Position numbers and translations under genes: made by a program. Below, piece after piece: positions 48,810-59,110 of a stretch of DNA of 64,000 nucleotides (position 1 is its first letter; each line of letters starts with the position of its first letter). Origin of the DNA: Calditrichia bacterium (lineage in GTDB: Bacteria; Calditrichota; Calditrichia; RBG-13-44-9; J075); the NCBI GenBank assembly GCA_050633245.1, contig JBOEGD010000005.1, positions 32,001-96,000 of the forward strand, read 5' to 3'. The notes below the pieces were generated by a model. The model searched no databases, was not told where the DNA came from, and saw only the letters and a program-made list of their open reading frames with translations.

Positions 48810-49649
48810 ATGTTTACAATGAGCTATAAAATAAAATTCATAATCTACCTCATGTCTACTTGCTTCATTTCAACTGTTACTTTTGCCCAAACTCCTATTG
48901 CAATTGATCGTTTTGTAGAGTCATATAACGTACAGCAATTTGCTGCTGCGGTCTCAAATTTTCATATCGCAGATGGGTTTTCTAAATCTGAGCGCGACGA
49001 GGAGATTGAAGGACTTGTTGCTTCATTTAAGATCCTTTTTAGTGAGTTTGGACAAATTAGAAATCTTAAGAAGTCGTCACAGCAAGCTGAGAGTGCAGAT
49101 AACCTTACGGATATAAACATCTTTAGCATGTCTGAAGCATATTGGGCTGAGCGACAAGGTTTTCAAATAGAGCAATTTGTCTGTAAGTTTCAGAACGCCG
49201 GCGTCGGTCAACTTGATTTTATGTTGTACGATGAAGCGGGGAAAACATTGCTGCGCTCTGTTAACTTTGCACTCCCCAAATCAGCCACTGCCTCTCAAGC
49301 TGTTATTAGCCAGGTTGGTAAGAAATTACATACGTTCTACGAGGACAGATCACTTCGTAGGGATGCGCTTTCCGGACAAGTGCGCTTATCAATTTTAATC
49401 ACTTCGACCAAGAAGGCAGCTGAAGCAGCCAAGGAAATGCTACAAAGCGGTATGACCTTCGCCGATGCCGTAAAGAAGTACTCTATTGAGCAATCGTCTA
49501 ACCAGGCTGGTGATACGGGATATGTGTTCCCTGACGATATTTTGCCTACCCTCCAGCCAGCGGCGATAAACCTTGTTGTTGGTGAAATCAGTGATGTTTT
49601 ACAGCTGAATGAGAGATTTGTGCTTGTTCAAAAAACGGATCAAAAATAA
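48810..49649 (+). CDS. Exported protein with C-terminal parvulin (PpiC-like) PPIase domain
   Basis: GMTFADAVKKYSIEQSSNQAGDTGY...GEISD. Confidence 0.7.
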   Translation: MFTMSYKIKFIIYLMSTCFISTVTFAQTPIAIDRFVESYNVQQFAAAVSNFHIADGFSKSERDEEIEGLVASFKILFSEFGQIRNLKKSSQQAESADNLTDINIFSMSEAYWAERQGFQIEQFVCKFQNAGVGQLDFMLYDEAGKTLLRSVNFALPKSATASQAVISQVGKKLHTFYEDRSLRRDALSGQVRLSILITSTKKAAEAAKEMLQSGMTFADAVKKYSIEQSSNQAGDTGYVFPDDILPTLQPAAINLVVGEISDVLQLNERFVLVQKTDQK

Positions 49650-49654
49650 TCTCT

Positions 49655-50281
49655 ATGGAAAACTATCTGTTTTTTATCGGGGCCAGCATTTTGCTATGCA
49701 TTGCGCCCGGTCCTGATATGGTGTATCTACTGGGACGGAGTATAGCCCAAGGGAGGCTCGCAGGTATTGTAGCTGCTATTGGTATTAACGTTGGAGCTTA
49801 CGTTCACCTCGTGGCAGCAATCCTGGGGCTTTCTGCTATTCTGATGACATCTGCGATTGCGTTTGCTATTGTCAAGTGGATCGGAGCAGCCTACCTGATC
49901 TATATCGGTCTACAAGTTCTTCTGTCTTCCACCAGCGTAATTGATGCGAATTCGACCAGCAAGTCTCAACTGTCTCTTAAGGCGGTCTTCTGGCAGGGTT
50001 TCTTAAGTGACGTCCTGAATCCGAAGGTTGCAGTCTTTTATCTTGCCTTTCTTCCGCAATTTGTTGATACGAATGTAGGCAGTGAAATCTCCCAGCTGAT
50101 TTTCCTTGGTGTGACGGTAAATATGGTCGCGATCTTTATCAATATTCCTCTCGTGCTATGTGCCAGTTATCTGACAGCTAAACTTCGTAAGAATGAAGTG
50201 ATATCTAAGTGGCTTTCCAAAGCAATGGGAATTGTTTTTGTTTATTTAGGGATTCGGTTATCACGGGAATCGTTCTCGTAA
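49655..50281 (+). CDS. LysE/RhtB family exporter
   Basis: PGPDM, GAAYLIYIG, LNPKV...FLPQF. Confidence 0.92.
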   Translation: MENYLFFIGASILLCIAPGPDMVYLLGRSIAQGRLAGIVAAIGINVGAYVHLVAAILGLSAILMTSAIAFAIVKWIGAAYLIYIGLQVLLSSTSVIDANSTSKSQLSLKAVFWQGFLSDVLNPKVAVFYLAFLPQFVDTNVGSEISQLIFLGVTVNMVAIFINIPLVLCASYLTAKLRKNEVISKWLSKAMGIVFVYLGIRLSRESFS

Positions 50282-50375
50282 ACTAATCGTTAATTAGTGG
50301 CAAAAATCGATTTAACAGTTGGTTATAATTGCCCAATTAAAAAGAAATCAAAATTATTCATATTTTTTATAATAA

Positions 50376-50510
50376 AGACTGCTCCATTCTAACAATGCTC
50401 CAGTCTGATTAAAAAAAATAGTAATATTCAAAATCTCTGTCTTTTTTTCTAATTAAGTACGTGGGTTCGTTCGAGCTCACCAGACTGCTCCATTCTGACA
50501 ATGCTCCAGT
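50376..50510 (+). repeat. Dispersed repeat doublet
   Basis: Cores at 50376-50404 and 50482-50510, 106 bp apart. Confidence 0.95.
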
Positions 50511-50534
50511 CTGGCCGTAAAAATCGGAAAAATT

Positions 50535-51610
50535 ATGCCTCAACTGAAAATCCCTTGTATGCTTATGCGTGGCGGCACATCAAAAGGCCCCTTCTTTGAT
50601 CTTCGGGATTTACCGTCCTATGAAGAGCAGCGCAGTAAACTTCTCTTGCGCCTGATGGGATCACCGGATGTGAGTCAAATCGATGGGCTGGGTGGGGCAA
50701 AGACGGTGACAAGCAAAGTGGTAATGGTGCGACCGTCTTCGCGGACAGGAATAGATGTAGATTTTCTCTTTGCTCAGGTTGAAATCGAAAACTCGATTGT
50801 TGATACCGGGCCAACCTGTGGAAATATGATGACGGGAGTTGCTCCGTTTGCAATTGAGCGCAGAATGGTAATTTCTGAACACCCGGAGACGAAAGTCCGA
50901 ATCTACAATATCAATACCGATTCTACGAGTGAAGCAATTGTTCAAACGCCAAAAGGCATCGTTCAATATGATGGTGAAACAACTATTGATGGAGTACCCG
51001 GAACAGCAGCTCCGATTCAAATGAATCTCTTTGATCAGCATGGTGTTAAAACGGGAAAACTCTTCCCATCGGGAAAAACTCGCGAGCAGATAGGTGGAGT
51101 TGAAGTAAGTCTGGTAGACTCGTGTACGGCATTGATGCTTCTAAAGGCAGAAGATATTGGGCTTTCAGGTGAAGAAGGGAAAGAATTCTTTTTACAGAAT
51201 CCGGATGTAATGAAAAGCTATCCGATATGCGATTGGAAGCAGGCAAGCGAATGGGGTTGGGAAATGTTGAAGATCGTGTGTTACCGAGAATTGGTGTCCT
51301 ATCTCCGTCACAGCGCGGCGGCGCGCTAAAATCTCAATACTTTACGCCACACACCTTTCATCATACGCATGCAGTCTCAGGGGCTATTTGTATTGGTACC
51401 GCAGCAAAAATTAAAGGCACTGTTGCGAATGATGTTGCGAAAGTAAAGGATCGTTTGGCTGAAAAACTGGTTATAGAACATATTGCAGGTAAAATTTCTG
51501 TTTATCTCGAATTGGTGAAAAATGCCTCTGAGTGGGAAGTTAAGAAGGTGTCGACGATTCGAACGGCGCGCAAAATAATGGATGGTTTTGTTTTCATCCC
51601 GACAAAATGA
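50535..51610 (+). pseudogene. PrpF/FldA family isomerase (4-oxalomesaconate tautomerase-like), frameshifted
   Basis: MRGGTSKG, QIDGLGG, CGN in the first frame; HHTHAVSGA and RTARKIMDG in the second; one extra A in the A4 at 51213-51216 would restore MKKLSDMRLEAG. Confidence 0.85.
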
Positions 51611-51623
51611 GGTAAAGTTTGAT

Positions 51624-52130
51624 ATGACAAGACGGGCCTTCATTCGAGAACAATTCGATTGGGTTGACAACTGGACTATTGGATTGCTTGAAAAACATAA
51701 TGAAAAGCATTGGGAAATGATACCGGCACTTAGTACTAGTATGAATTGGCAGGTTGGGCATATCATTATCTCTAAATATTTTCACGCTGTTCAATCTATT
51801 GTGGAAGATTCTAATAACCTTATGCAAGAACTTTGTGGCGAGTTTTCTGCTGAAGATTTTTTTAGTCATTATTTTGCCGGAAGCGACCCGACGGCAGAAT
51901 GGGAGAATAGACCGAAAAAAGATAGGTTGCTTCGATTGTTTGTTCTCCTAAATGCAAAAACGAATAACCTCCTCGACAGCCTTACTGACGCTGATTTGGA
52001 CGATGCCACTTGTATTGCCAACCCCATTGCGAAAACTAAATATGATGCGCTTACCTTTTGCTTCAAACATCAAATGTGGCATAATGGGCAAATTGCTATG
52101 ATTAGCCGAATACAGCAATCTGAAAAGTAG
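51624..52130 (+). CDS. DinB family protein
   Basis: WQVGH...HQMWHNGQI. Confidence 0.85.
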   Translation: MTRRAFIREQFDWVDNWTIGLLEKHNEKHWEMIPALSTSMNWQVGHIIISKYFHAVQSIVEDSNNLMQELCGEFSAEDFFSHYFAGSDPTAEWENRPKKDRLLRLFVLLNAKTNNLLDSLTDADLDDATCIANPIAKTKYDALTFCFKHQMWHNGQIAMISRIQQSEK

Positions 52131-52149
52131 TATACTTTGAAAATGTGAT

Positions 52150-52626
52150 ATGCCCTTAATTTATCTTAAATACGAAATAAAAGCTCCAATCACGCGCGTC
52201 TTCGACCTTTCTCGCAGCATCGACCTGCATATAGCAAGCGCCGGGTTTACCGGCGAAAAAGCTGTTGCCGGGCGAACATCCGGCCTAATTGAACCAGGCG
52301 AAGAAGTAACTTGGCGCGCGAAACATTTTGGTGTATGGCAGCATCTAACCAGTAAAATTGATGTCTTTGACTATCCGAATCGCTTCCGCGATAACATGGT
52401 TACGGGAGCCTTCAAGTCGTTTCAGCACGATCATCTCTTTCAAGAAAAAAACGGCATAACCGTAGTGGAAGACCATTTTGCTTTTGAAGCACCTCTGGGT
52501 GTTTTGGGAAAAATGGCGAACCATCTGTTTTTAACTGCGTATATGAAGAAATTTCTGCTCGAACGCAATCAGGTGATTAAACGCGTTGCCGAAAGTGATG
52601 AGTGGAAAAGATATTTAAACAAGTAA
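52150..52626 (+). CDS. SRPBCC family protein
   Basis: IKAPITRVFDLSRSIDLH, VTWRAKHFG, GAFKSFQHDH. Confidence 0.88.
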   Translation: MPLIYLKYEIKAPITRVFDLSRSIDLHIASAGFTGEKAVAGRTSGLIEPGEEVTWRAKHFGVWQHLTSKIDVFDYPNRFRDNMVTGAFKSFQHDHLFQEKNGITVVEDHFAFEAPLGVLGKMANHLFLTAYMKKFLLERNQVIKRVAESDEWKRYLNK

Positions 52627-52646
52627 ACAGGAAAGTGAAATTTTCG

Positions 52647-53165
52647 ATGTCTTTAAACTCCAGACTACAGTCGAATGAGAAATCGTTGCTTCAGCGCGCG
52701 CTCGCAAGTGACCCGTTTGTGAACTACTACAAATGGGGAGCGCTGATGTACCTGCTATTTTCTCTCTTCCTGCTAATGTGGCCATTCGGTTTCTTTCTTG
52801 GCGGTACGCTTTCGCATAAACCCTTTTTAATGAACCTGCCGTATGGACTCGTATCGCTGGAACCAATATTTCTGTTCGATATTATCGGCAACGTTATTTT
52901 CTTTGTGCCTTTGGGATTTCTCCTCAGCGGAATGTTGAGTAAATCCAGCAGATTACCTTTTTTACGCCGGCTTCTTTACTGCACAGCATTTGGGTTTGGT
53001 TTATCGTTTACGGTCGAATTTGTACAGATGTGGTCTCCGGTTCGCTATTCTTCCATCCTGGATCTAATGACCAATACAGCCGGTACGGCTATCGGAGTAT
53101 TTGCATATTGGCTCTATAGCCAGGTATTAAAGCAGCATGCGAAGCGAATTATTTCAAGTTTATAG
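52647..53165 (+). CDS. VanZ family membrane protein
   Basis: NVIFFVPLG, VEFVQ, R...DLMTNTAG. Confidence 0.85.
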   Translation: MSLNSRLQSNEKSLLQRALASDPFVNYYKWGALMYLLFSLFLLMWPFGFFLGGTLSHKPFLMNLPYGLVSLEPIFLFDIIGNVIFFVPLGFLLSGMLSKSSRLPFLRRLLYCTAFGFGLSFTVEFVQMWSPVRYSSILDLMTNTAGTAIGVFAYWLYSQVLKQHAKRIISSL

Positions 53166-53192
53166 AGTCGCATAATGGTGCGACTCTATAAA
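53159..53192. repeat. REP-like perfect hairpin overlapping the VanZ stop
   Basis: TTTATAGAGTCGCA-TAATGG-TGCGACTCTATAAA. Confidence 0.7.
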
Positions 53193-53219
53193 TTGAAATA
53201 ATACAACACTATACTTATT

Positions 53220-53492
53220 ATGAAAAAAAACCATTCTAAAAGACAGCGAAAAAGGCGCGAAAAAGAGGCGAAGCGCAAAAGCGAAAAACAATTTCATAAG
53301 AAAAAGCGCATAACTGGTATACAGCGTTCTGGTAGTTCGAAGACGTGGGATTATAAATCTCTATTGTTAGCTTTAGGAGTTGTTGCCTTTGTTTGTCTCT
53401 TCATTTATCTTGAGCTCTTTGATGGAACCTCTAATACATCTTCTAGAGGATATGGAAGACTTTTTGAGGGAATCCTTCGCAGACTATTTTGA
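53220..53492 (+). CDS. Small basic protein with one TM helix
   Basis: K/R-rich N-terminus followed by a hydrophobic helix. Confidence 0.55.
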   Translation: MKKNHSKRQRKRREKEAKRKSEKQFHKKKRITGIQRSGSSKTWDYKSLLLALGVVAFVCLFIYLELFDGTSNTSSRGYGRLFEGILRRLF

Positions 53493-53657
53493 TTGTTGAG
53501 GCGCTGGTTAATTGTGCAACTCTACAAGTTATGTCTTTCTCTCCCTCCTTATATCTTGCAAGAAATCCCCAGCAACATTGTCCAATAATAAAACCGCCTT
53601 CTGATAACGTTAATGTCAGATATGTAAACCTTTAATGCTTCAAAGCCGGAAAGTATT

Positions 53658-55958
53658 ATGAAAAAACAACTATTTACAGCAATCGCTCTTATCCTGTCAC
53701 TCACAACGATTCACTCACAGGATTTTTATGATGTCAGCAACGTAAACTCAATTGAGATAACATTTTCAGAGTCGAATTGGGATCAAATTTTAGATTCCTA
53801 CTATGCGGCGGGAAATGAACAAAGACTTGTTGGCAGTGTCGTTCTCAATGGGGTACAATACGACAGTGTCGGCGTTCGCTATAAAGGCAACAGCACCTAT
53901 AGCGCAAACAGGGTAAAAAACCCGCTGAATATTAAGCTCGACCATATCATTGATTATCAAACCATTGATGGATACGGCACATTAAAGCTCGCCAATGTTT
54001 TCAAGGATCCCAGTTTTGTTCGAGAGGTTCTCAGTTATGAGATTGCCCGAAAGTATATGCCAGCCAGTCAGGCAAACTTTATAAATGTTACCATAAACGG
54101 AACGCTAATCGGACTCTATTCCAGTGTTCAGGATGTTGATAAGTTGTTTATGGGAACAAACTTTTTTAGCAATGACAATCCTACATTTAAGGGAGAAGTC
54201 GCTCAGAGTGGACCGCCAACATTTCTGCCAATCTGGACATATCTCGGTACCGATTCTTCACAGTATGCCAGCTTTTTCGAAATAGATTCAGACTATGGGT
54301 GGGCAGAACTAATCAACTTTTTGGATGTGCTGAACAACTCGCCGGCCTCGGTTGAGGATGTTCTCAATGTAGACCGGCATCTTTGGATGTTAGCTTATGA
54401 TATTCTGATGGTGAACCTCGATGCACCAATAAATTTTGCGCACAACTATTATCTCTACCAGGATGACGCGGGCCGGTTTAATCCGATAATCTGGGACCTG
54501 AATGAAAATTTCGGCGGGTTTACCAGACTTCTTGCCGGAGGTAATCTTGGCACAACACAGATGCAACAGCTGGATCCGTTTCTTTATGCTACGAACTCCA
54601 GCCTTCCGATCATTAGCAAATTTCTTTCCGATCCAACGTATCGGAAAATTTATGTTGCGCATATGAAAACGATTATTGAAGAGAACTTTTCCAACGATTG
54701 GTATCAAACCAGAGCGCTCGATATTCAAAGTGTTATTGATGCTGATGTTCAAGCAGACCAGAACAAGTTTTTTACCTACAGTGATTTCCTTGCAAATATT
54801 AATAACACCGTTGGGACTGGCGGTCCGGGAAGTCAACCGTCCGTTGGATTAACTCAGCTTATGGATGCGCGGGTAAACTATATAATTTCTCAGAGCGAGT
54901 TTCAGGCTACTGCACCAGTGATAAGTAATGTCGGTACTTCTTCACTTGCCGTGCAGCCATTCACCAGTGCCGTGTTTAACGCTGAGGTTGCTTCAGCGAA
55001 TCAGGTGATGCTTGCCTATCGGGATAATGAAGTTAACCGTTTCGAAAAGGTTGAGATGTTCGACGATGGAAATAATGGCGATGGTGCTGCAGGCGACGGT
55101 GTCTATGGCGTTTCCATCACTGCCGGTGCTTCTCCCGTTCAATATTATATTTACGCAGAAAATAATGATGCGGCGGCTCTCTCCCCAGCGCGTGCAGAAT
55201 ATGAATTTTATCTGCTTCCGGTTGCTACAGGAGATTTGGTCATCAATGAGTTTATGGCAGATAACGATAGTACTGCGATGGATCAGGATGGAGAGTTCGA
55301 CGACTGGGTAGAGTTATATAATAATAGCGGGTCCGAAATTTCACTTGCCGGTCTTTATCTTTCGGATGATGAGACTGAATTGACAAAGTGGGCATTTCCT
55401 GATACCTCGATTGCCGCGAATGGCTATCTGATAGTTTGGACCGATAACGATAGTGGTCAGGTTGGACTGCATGCAAATTTTGCCCTTTCACGCAGCGGCG
55501 AAGCGGTCTGTCTCACGGATTCGGATGGTATCACAAGTTTGGATCAGGTCGTGTTTGGTACTCAGACAACCGATGTTAGTACCGGACGTTTTCCAAATGG
55601 CACGGGAGACTTTGCTGAAATGCCGCCATCTTTTGCCGCAGAAAACACCAATGGCATTACCGGTATTGAAGACGTTGTGAATAATACCATTCCTCAACAG
55701 TATGGACTGGAGCAGAATTATCCGAATCCATTTAACCCGTCGACAACCTTCAGGTTTACTTTGGCTCAGGCGAGTCGCGTGTCTTTAACCGTTTACAACC
55801 TCGTTGGTCAAAAAATTCAGACTGTTTTTGCAGATAACCTTGCAGCAGGTGAGCATCAGTATGTTTGGCGGGGTGAAGGTCAGGCGTCGGGTGTGTATTT
55901 ATACACCTTACAGACAGAATTTGGTTCGGAAAGTAAGAAGATGGTATTGATGAAATAA
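53658..55958 (+). CDS. CotH kinase family protein with lamin-tail domain and C-terminal sorting domain
   Basis: VGVRYKGNS, HNYYLY, WDLNENFG; MFDDGNNGDGAAGDGVY; LVINEFMA...DWVELYN; QNYPNPFNP. Confidence 0.92.
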   Translation: MKKQLFTAIALILSLTTIHSQDFYDVSNVNSIEITFSESNWDQILDSYYAAGNEQRLVGSVVLNGVQYDSVGVRYKGNSTYSANRVKNPLNIKLDHIIDYQTIDGYGTLKLANVFKDPSFVREVLSYEIARKYMPASQANFINVTINGTLIGLYSSVQDVDKLFMGTNFFSNDNPTFKGEVAQSGPPTFLPIWTYLGTDSSQYASFFEIDSDYGWAELINFLDVLNNSPASVEDVLNVDRHLWMLAYDILMVNLDAPINFAHNYYLYQDDAGRFNPIIWDLNENFGGFTRLLAGGNLGTTQMQQLDPFLYATNSSLPIISKFLSDPTYRKIYVAHMKTIIEENFSNDWYQTRALDIQSVIDADVQADQNKFFTYSDFLANINNTVGTGGPGSQPSVGLTQLMDARVNYIISQSEFQATAPVISNVGTSSLAVQPFTSAVFNAEVASANQVMLAYRDNEVNRFEKVEMFDDGNNGDGAAGDGVYGVSITAGASPVQYYIYAENNDAAALSPARAEYEFYLLPVATGDLVINEFMADNDSTAMDQDGEFDDWVELYNNSGSEISLAGLYLSDDETELTKWAFPDTSIAANGYLIVWTDNDSGQVGLHANFALSRSGEAVCLTDSDGITSLDQVVFGTQTTDVSTGRFPNGTGDFAEMPPSFAAENTNGITGIEDVVNNTIPQQYGLEQNYPNPFNPSTTFRFTLAQASRVSLTVYNLVGQKIQTVFADNLAAGEHQYVWRGEGQASGVYLYTLQTEFGSESKKMVLMK

Positions 55959-55966
55959 GCTATATT

Positions 55967-55999
55967 AGACTGGAGCAGTTTTCAAAACTGCTCCAGTCT
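55967..55999. terminator. Perfect-palindrome variant of the dispersed repeat, probably a terminator between convergent genes
   Basis: AGACTGGAGCAGTTTT-C-AAAACTGCTCCAGTCT followed by T-run. Confidence 0.75.
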
Positions 56000-56014
56000 T
56001 TTTTTCAAAACAAT

Positions 56015-59000
56015 TTATTTTCTAACCGGAATGGCTACCCGGAACATCATCTTATAAACTGCCGGAACAAATAGCAGCGTGATAACCGTTGCGAAGAACA
56101 GTCCGAAGATAATGCCTATCGCCATCGGTGTCCACATAACGCCTCCACCCAACCAAAGAGGAATTAATCCAAAAGATGTTGTAAAAGTGGTCAACAAAAT
56201 CGGGCGAAACCGTTCGAAGCCAGCGGCGACAATCGCATCATACGGCTCTTTATTGTTCTCGTCACGTTCGATGTTAATACGGTCAATCAACACAATTGCA
56301 TTGTTTATCACAATTCCTGCCAGAGAAATCAATCCCAGAAATCCGGTAAAACTGAAGTTCGTACCGGTAAGTAGCAAGCCTGCGACAATTCCGATAAATC
56401 CTAATGGAATGGTAATGAGTACCAGTGCGGTTTTGCGAATCGAGTTAAACTGAATGACCAAGAGCAATAAAATGATGAAGAAGGACAGCGGCAACTTTTC
56501 GATGACTGCCTGCATGGCCTTTCCACTGGATTCTGACTCACCACCATATTCATAAAGGTAGTTGTCTTTCCAACTCGCAGATTGCTCTTCCAGCCATGGT
56601 GTGAGTATTCCGGTAATATCTCCAGCGGTGTACCCTTCGCGCAGATCGCTCTCTACAGTTACGGTTCTGGTTAGATCGCGACGTAGCACCTTCGCAAATT
56701 GCCATTCGGGAATAACCGTTGCTACCTGAGCCAGCGGCACGTTTTGACCGCTGCTTTGCGAGAAAATGCTCAGCGTTTCCATGTCATCATAGGTGATGGT
56801 TTTACTGCCTTCTTCTCGCATGACAATCGGAATAGTGTTAACATCTTCGCGAAACTCGCCAACTTCCTTTCCGGAAAGCACCGTATTTAGTGAAATAGCG
56901 ACGTCTTGATTGCTTACACCAGCACTGCTTAGGCGAGAAGGATCGATATCGACATAGAACTTCTTTATCTTTTGTCCCCAATTGTCATCGATTCCCTTAG
57001 TTCCGGGGATGGTGAGAAGCTTTTTCTTTATATTGTCTACTATTTTGAAAAGCTCTATCGGGTCATCTCCGGAAATACGTACTTGTATTGGAACTGCTGC
57101 CCCACCACCTGAAGTTAGTCGCCCAATTGTAAACTCGGCATCCGGGACTTCCGAGAAAGCAAATGCTTCAAGTTTATTGATAATCATCTGATTGTCATTG
57201 CCCGAACTGGTATTCAAAAGCATGTGAGCATAGCCGGAATTTTGTTCGCCGGCAGAATATCCAAGGTCGTAGGCATTTGGTCCTTTGCCAATAAAGGCAG
57301 ACCAGTCTGAGATGCCTTTTGTACGCTGCTCCCCAACCATTAGTGAATCGGCGATATAGCGTTCGATACGCTTCACCGATGCTTCGGTTTTCTCAATATT
57401 CGTACCCAGCGGATAGTTCATATCCAATGTCACCAGATTTCGCTCACTGTCCGGCATAAAGACGAAAGGTAGAAAAGTGAAACCGTAGAGTGAGACAAAA
57501 AACAGGGTTATGATCAGCCCAATAAGCATGATTGGGCGTCGGAGGCAAATCTCCAGAAGTCGACTGTAGTACACGGCCATTTTGTCGAAGATGGAAGCTT
57601 TATTTTCTTTCGCTTTTTTCGAGACCTTAAAAAATGCTACAGCAAACATTGGAACGACCGTGAGTGCCATCAGCCAGGAAGACAGCAGCGCCATTGTAAT
57701 TACCGAAAACAACGGCCCCATAATCTCACCCATGCTGGATTCCGCCAGATAAAATGCCAGGAAGGCCGCCGAGGTTGTAAGTGAGGAAATAAGCAGCGGA
57801 ACGATAAGTTCTTTGCTCGAGGCGATAGCTGAATCTAATGCTTTTTCACCACGCTCCATTTTTACCATAATCGATTCTGCAACAACAATCGCATTATCTA
57901 CCAGCATACCGAGAGCCATAATCAACCCGGCCAAAGAAACCTGATTAAGACCTACGCCGAACCAGTTCATCAATAGCAGCGTCATAATGGTTGCGGAGGG
58001 AATCAGACTTGCAACAACTAATCCCGTGCGCAGGCCAAGGAATACCAGCATTACAAGTAGTACGATAATGACTGACTGTACAACATTGGATACAAAGTCG
58101 CTGATGTTATTGTCAACGTCAAAATCTTGTGAGGCGATGCGCATAGCGTTCATGCCAACTGGCAGACCCGGGTTGTATTTTGCCAGTAGGATGTCTACAT
58201 CTTCCCCCAGGGAAATGATATTTGCGCCGTCTTTCAGAGAGATATAGAGTGCAAGGCCTTCATTTCCGTTGACACTGACAATCGACTCACGGGGTGAAAT
58301 GTAATCGCGGTACACGTTGGTAATGTCACCTAAATAGACGGTCTCACCATTGCCTACATTAATTAGCAAGCGCCGCAAAGATTCCAGCTCTTCCAAATTA
58401 CCGGACGGTTCCAGAATGATGCGCTCATCACCATAGTTCACTTCTCCAGCTGGAATAATGATGTTTGTTGCGCTGATAATGCCTTGAAGCTGACTACTGG
58501 ATATTCCCAGATTTGCCAGTTTGGAATTATCGAACTCTACAAAAATGCGCTCTTCAATGATGCCGCCGATCTCGACTTTTGCAGCATCAGGCAGTTTTAT
58601 AAGCTGATCTCGTAAATCTTCGGCATACACTTTCTGCTCGGCGTAGCTGAACCCGTCAGATTCCAGCCCGATCATTATTCCGTAGACCACACCAATGTCG
58701 TCATCCTTCACTTCCGGGCCTTTGATGCCATCGGGCAGTTCACCTTTGATTGTGTCGATTTTGCGTCGTAAGAGATCCCAGATCGGCTGCAGCTTGGCTG
58801 GCGGAACATCTTCCTTGAGGCTCACCGAAACCACTGAAAGACCGGTGCGAGACGTACTCGAGATATAATCTACCTCGGCAATCTCCTGAGCAACTTCCTC
58901 AATTTTGTCTGTGATCAGTGATTCAACGCGGTCTGGACTGGCACCGGGAAAGTTTGTTACCACAGTTGCAACGCGAATGGTGAATGGTGGCATGCTGTTT

Positions 59001-59101
59001 CTTGGCAGGCTATTGTAGCCTGCAAGGCCGATGACAAATATCATCATCAGAAGCATGTAGGTGACACGATTGTTTTTTATAGCTAAGGCGGTAATATTCA
59101 C
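56015..59101 (-). CDS. RND efflux permease (AcrB family)
   Basis: FPGASP, GMLVDNAIVV, GIVINNAIVLID, RFRPILLTT. Confidence 0.95.
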   Translation of the reverse strand: MNITALAIKNNRVTYMLLMMIFVIGLAGYNSLPRNSMPPFTIRVATVVTNFPGASPDRVESLITDKIEEVAQEIAEVDYISSTSRTGLSVVSVSLKEDVPPAKLQPIWDLLRRKIDTIKGELPDGIKGPEVKDDDIGVVYGIMIGLESDGFSYAEQKVYAEDLRDQLIKLPDAAKVEIGGIIEERIFVEFDNSKLANLGISSSQLQGIISATNIIIPAGEVNYGDERIILEPSGNLEELESLRRLLINVGNGETVYLGDITNVYRDYISPRESIVSVNGNEGLALYISLKDGANIISLGEDVDILLAKYNPGLPVGMNAMRIASQDFDVDNNISDFVSNVVQSVIIVLLVMLVFLGLRTGLVVASLIPSATIMTLLLMNWFGVGLNQVSLAGLIMALGMLVDNAIVVAESIMVKMERGEKALDSAIASSKELIVPLLISSLTTSAAFLAFYLAESSMGEIMGPLFSVITMALLSSWLMALTVVPMFAVAFFKVSKKAKENKASIFDKMAVYYSRLLEICLRRPIMLIGLIITLFFVSLYGFTFLPFVFMPDSERNLVTLDMNYPLGTNIEKTEASVKRIERYIADSLMVGEQRTKGISDWSAFIGKGPNAYDLGYSAGEQNSGYAHMLLNTSSGNDNQMIINKLEAFAFSEVPDAEFTIGRLTSGGGAAVPIQVRISGDDPIELFKIVDNIKKKLLTIPGTKGIDDNWGQKIKKFYVDIDPSRLSSAGVSNQDVAISLNTVLSGKEVGEFREDVNTIPIVMREEGSKTITYDDMETLSIFSQSSGQNVPLAQVATVIPEWQFAKVLRRDLTRTVTVESDLREGYTAGDITGILTPWLEEQSASWKDNYLYEYGGESESSGKAMQAVIEKLPLSFFIILLLLVIQFNSIRKTALVLITIPLGFIGIVAGLLLTGTNFSFTGFLGLISLAGIVINNAIVLIDRINIERDENNKEPYDAIVAAGFERFRPILLTTFTTSFGLIPLWLGGGVMWTPMAIGIIFGLFFATVITLLFVPAVYKMMFRVAIPVRK

Positions 59102-59110
59102 GGTAGATTC

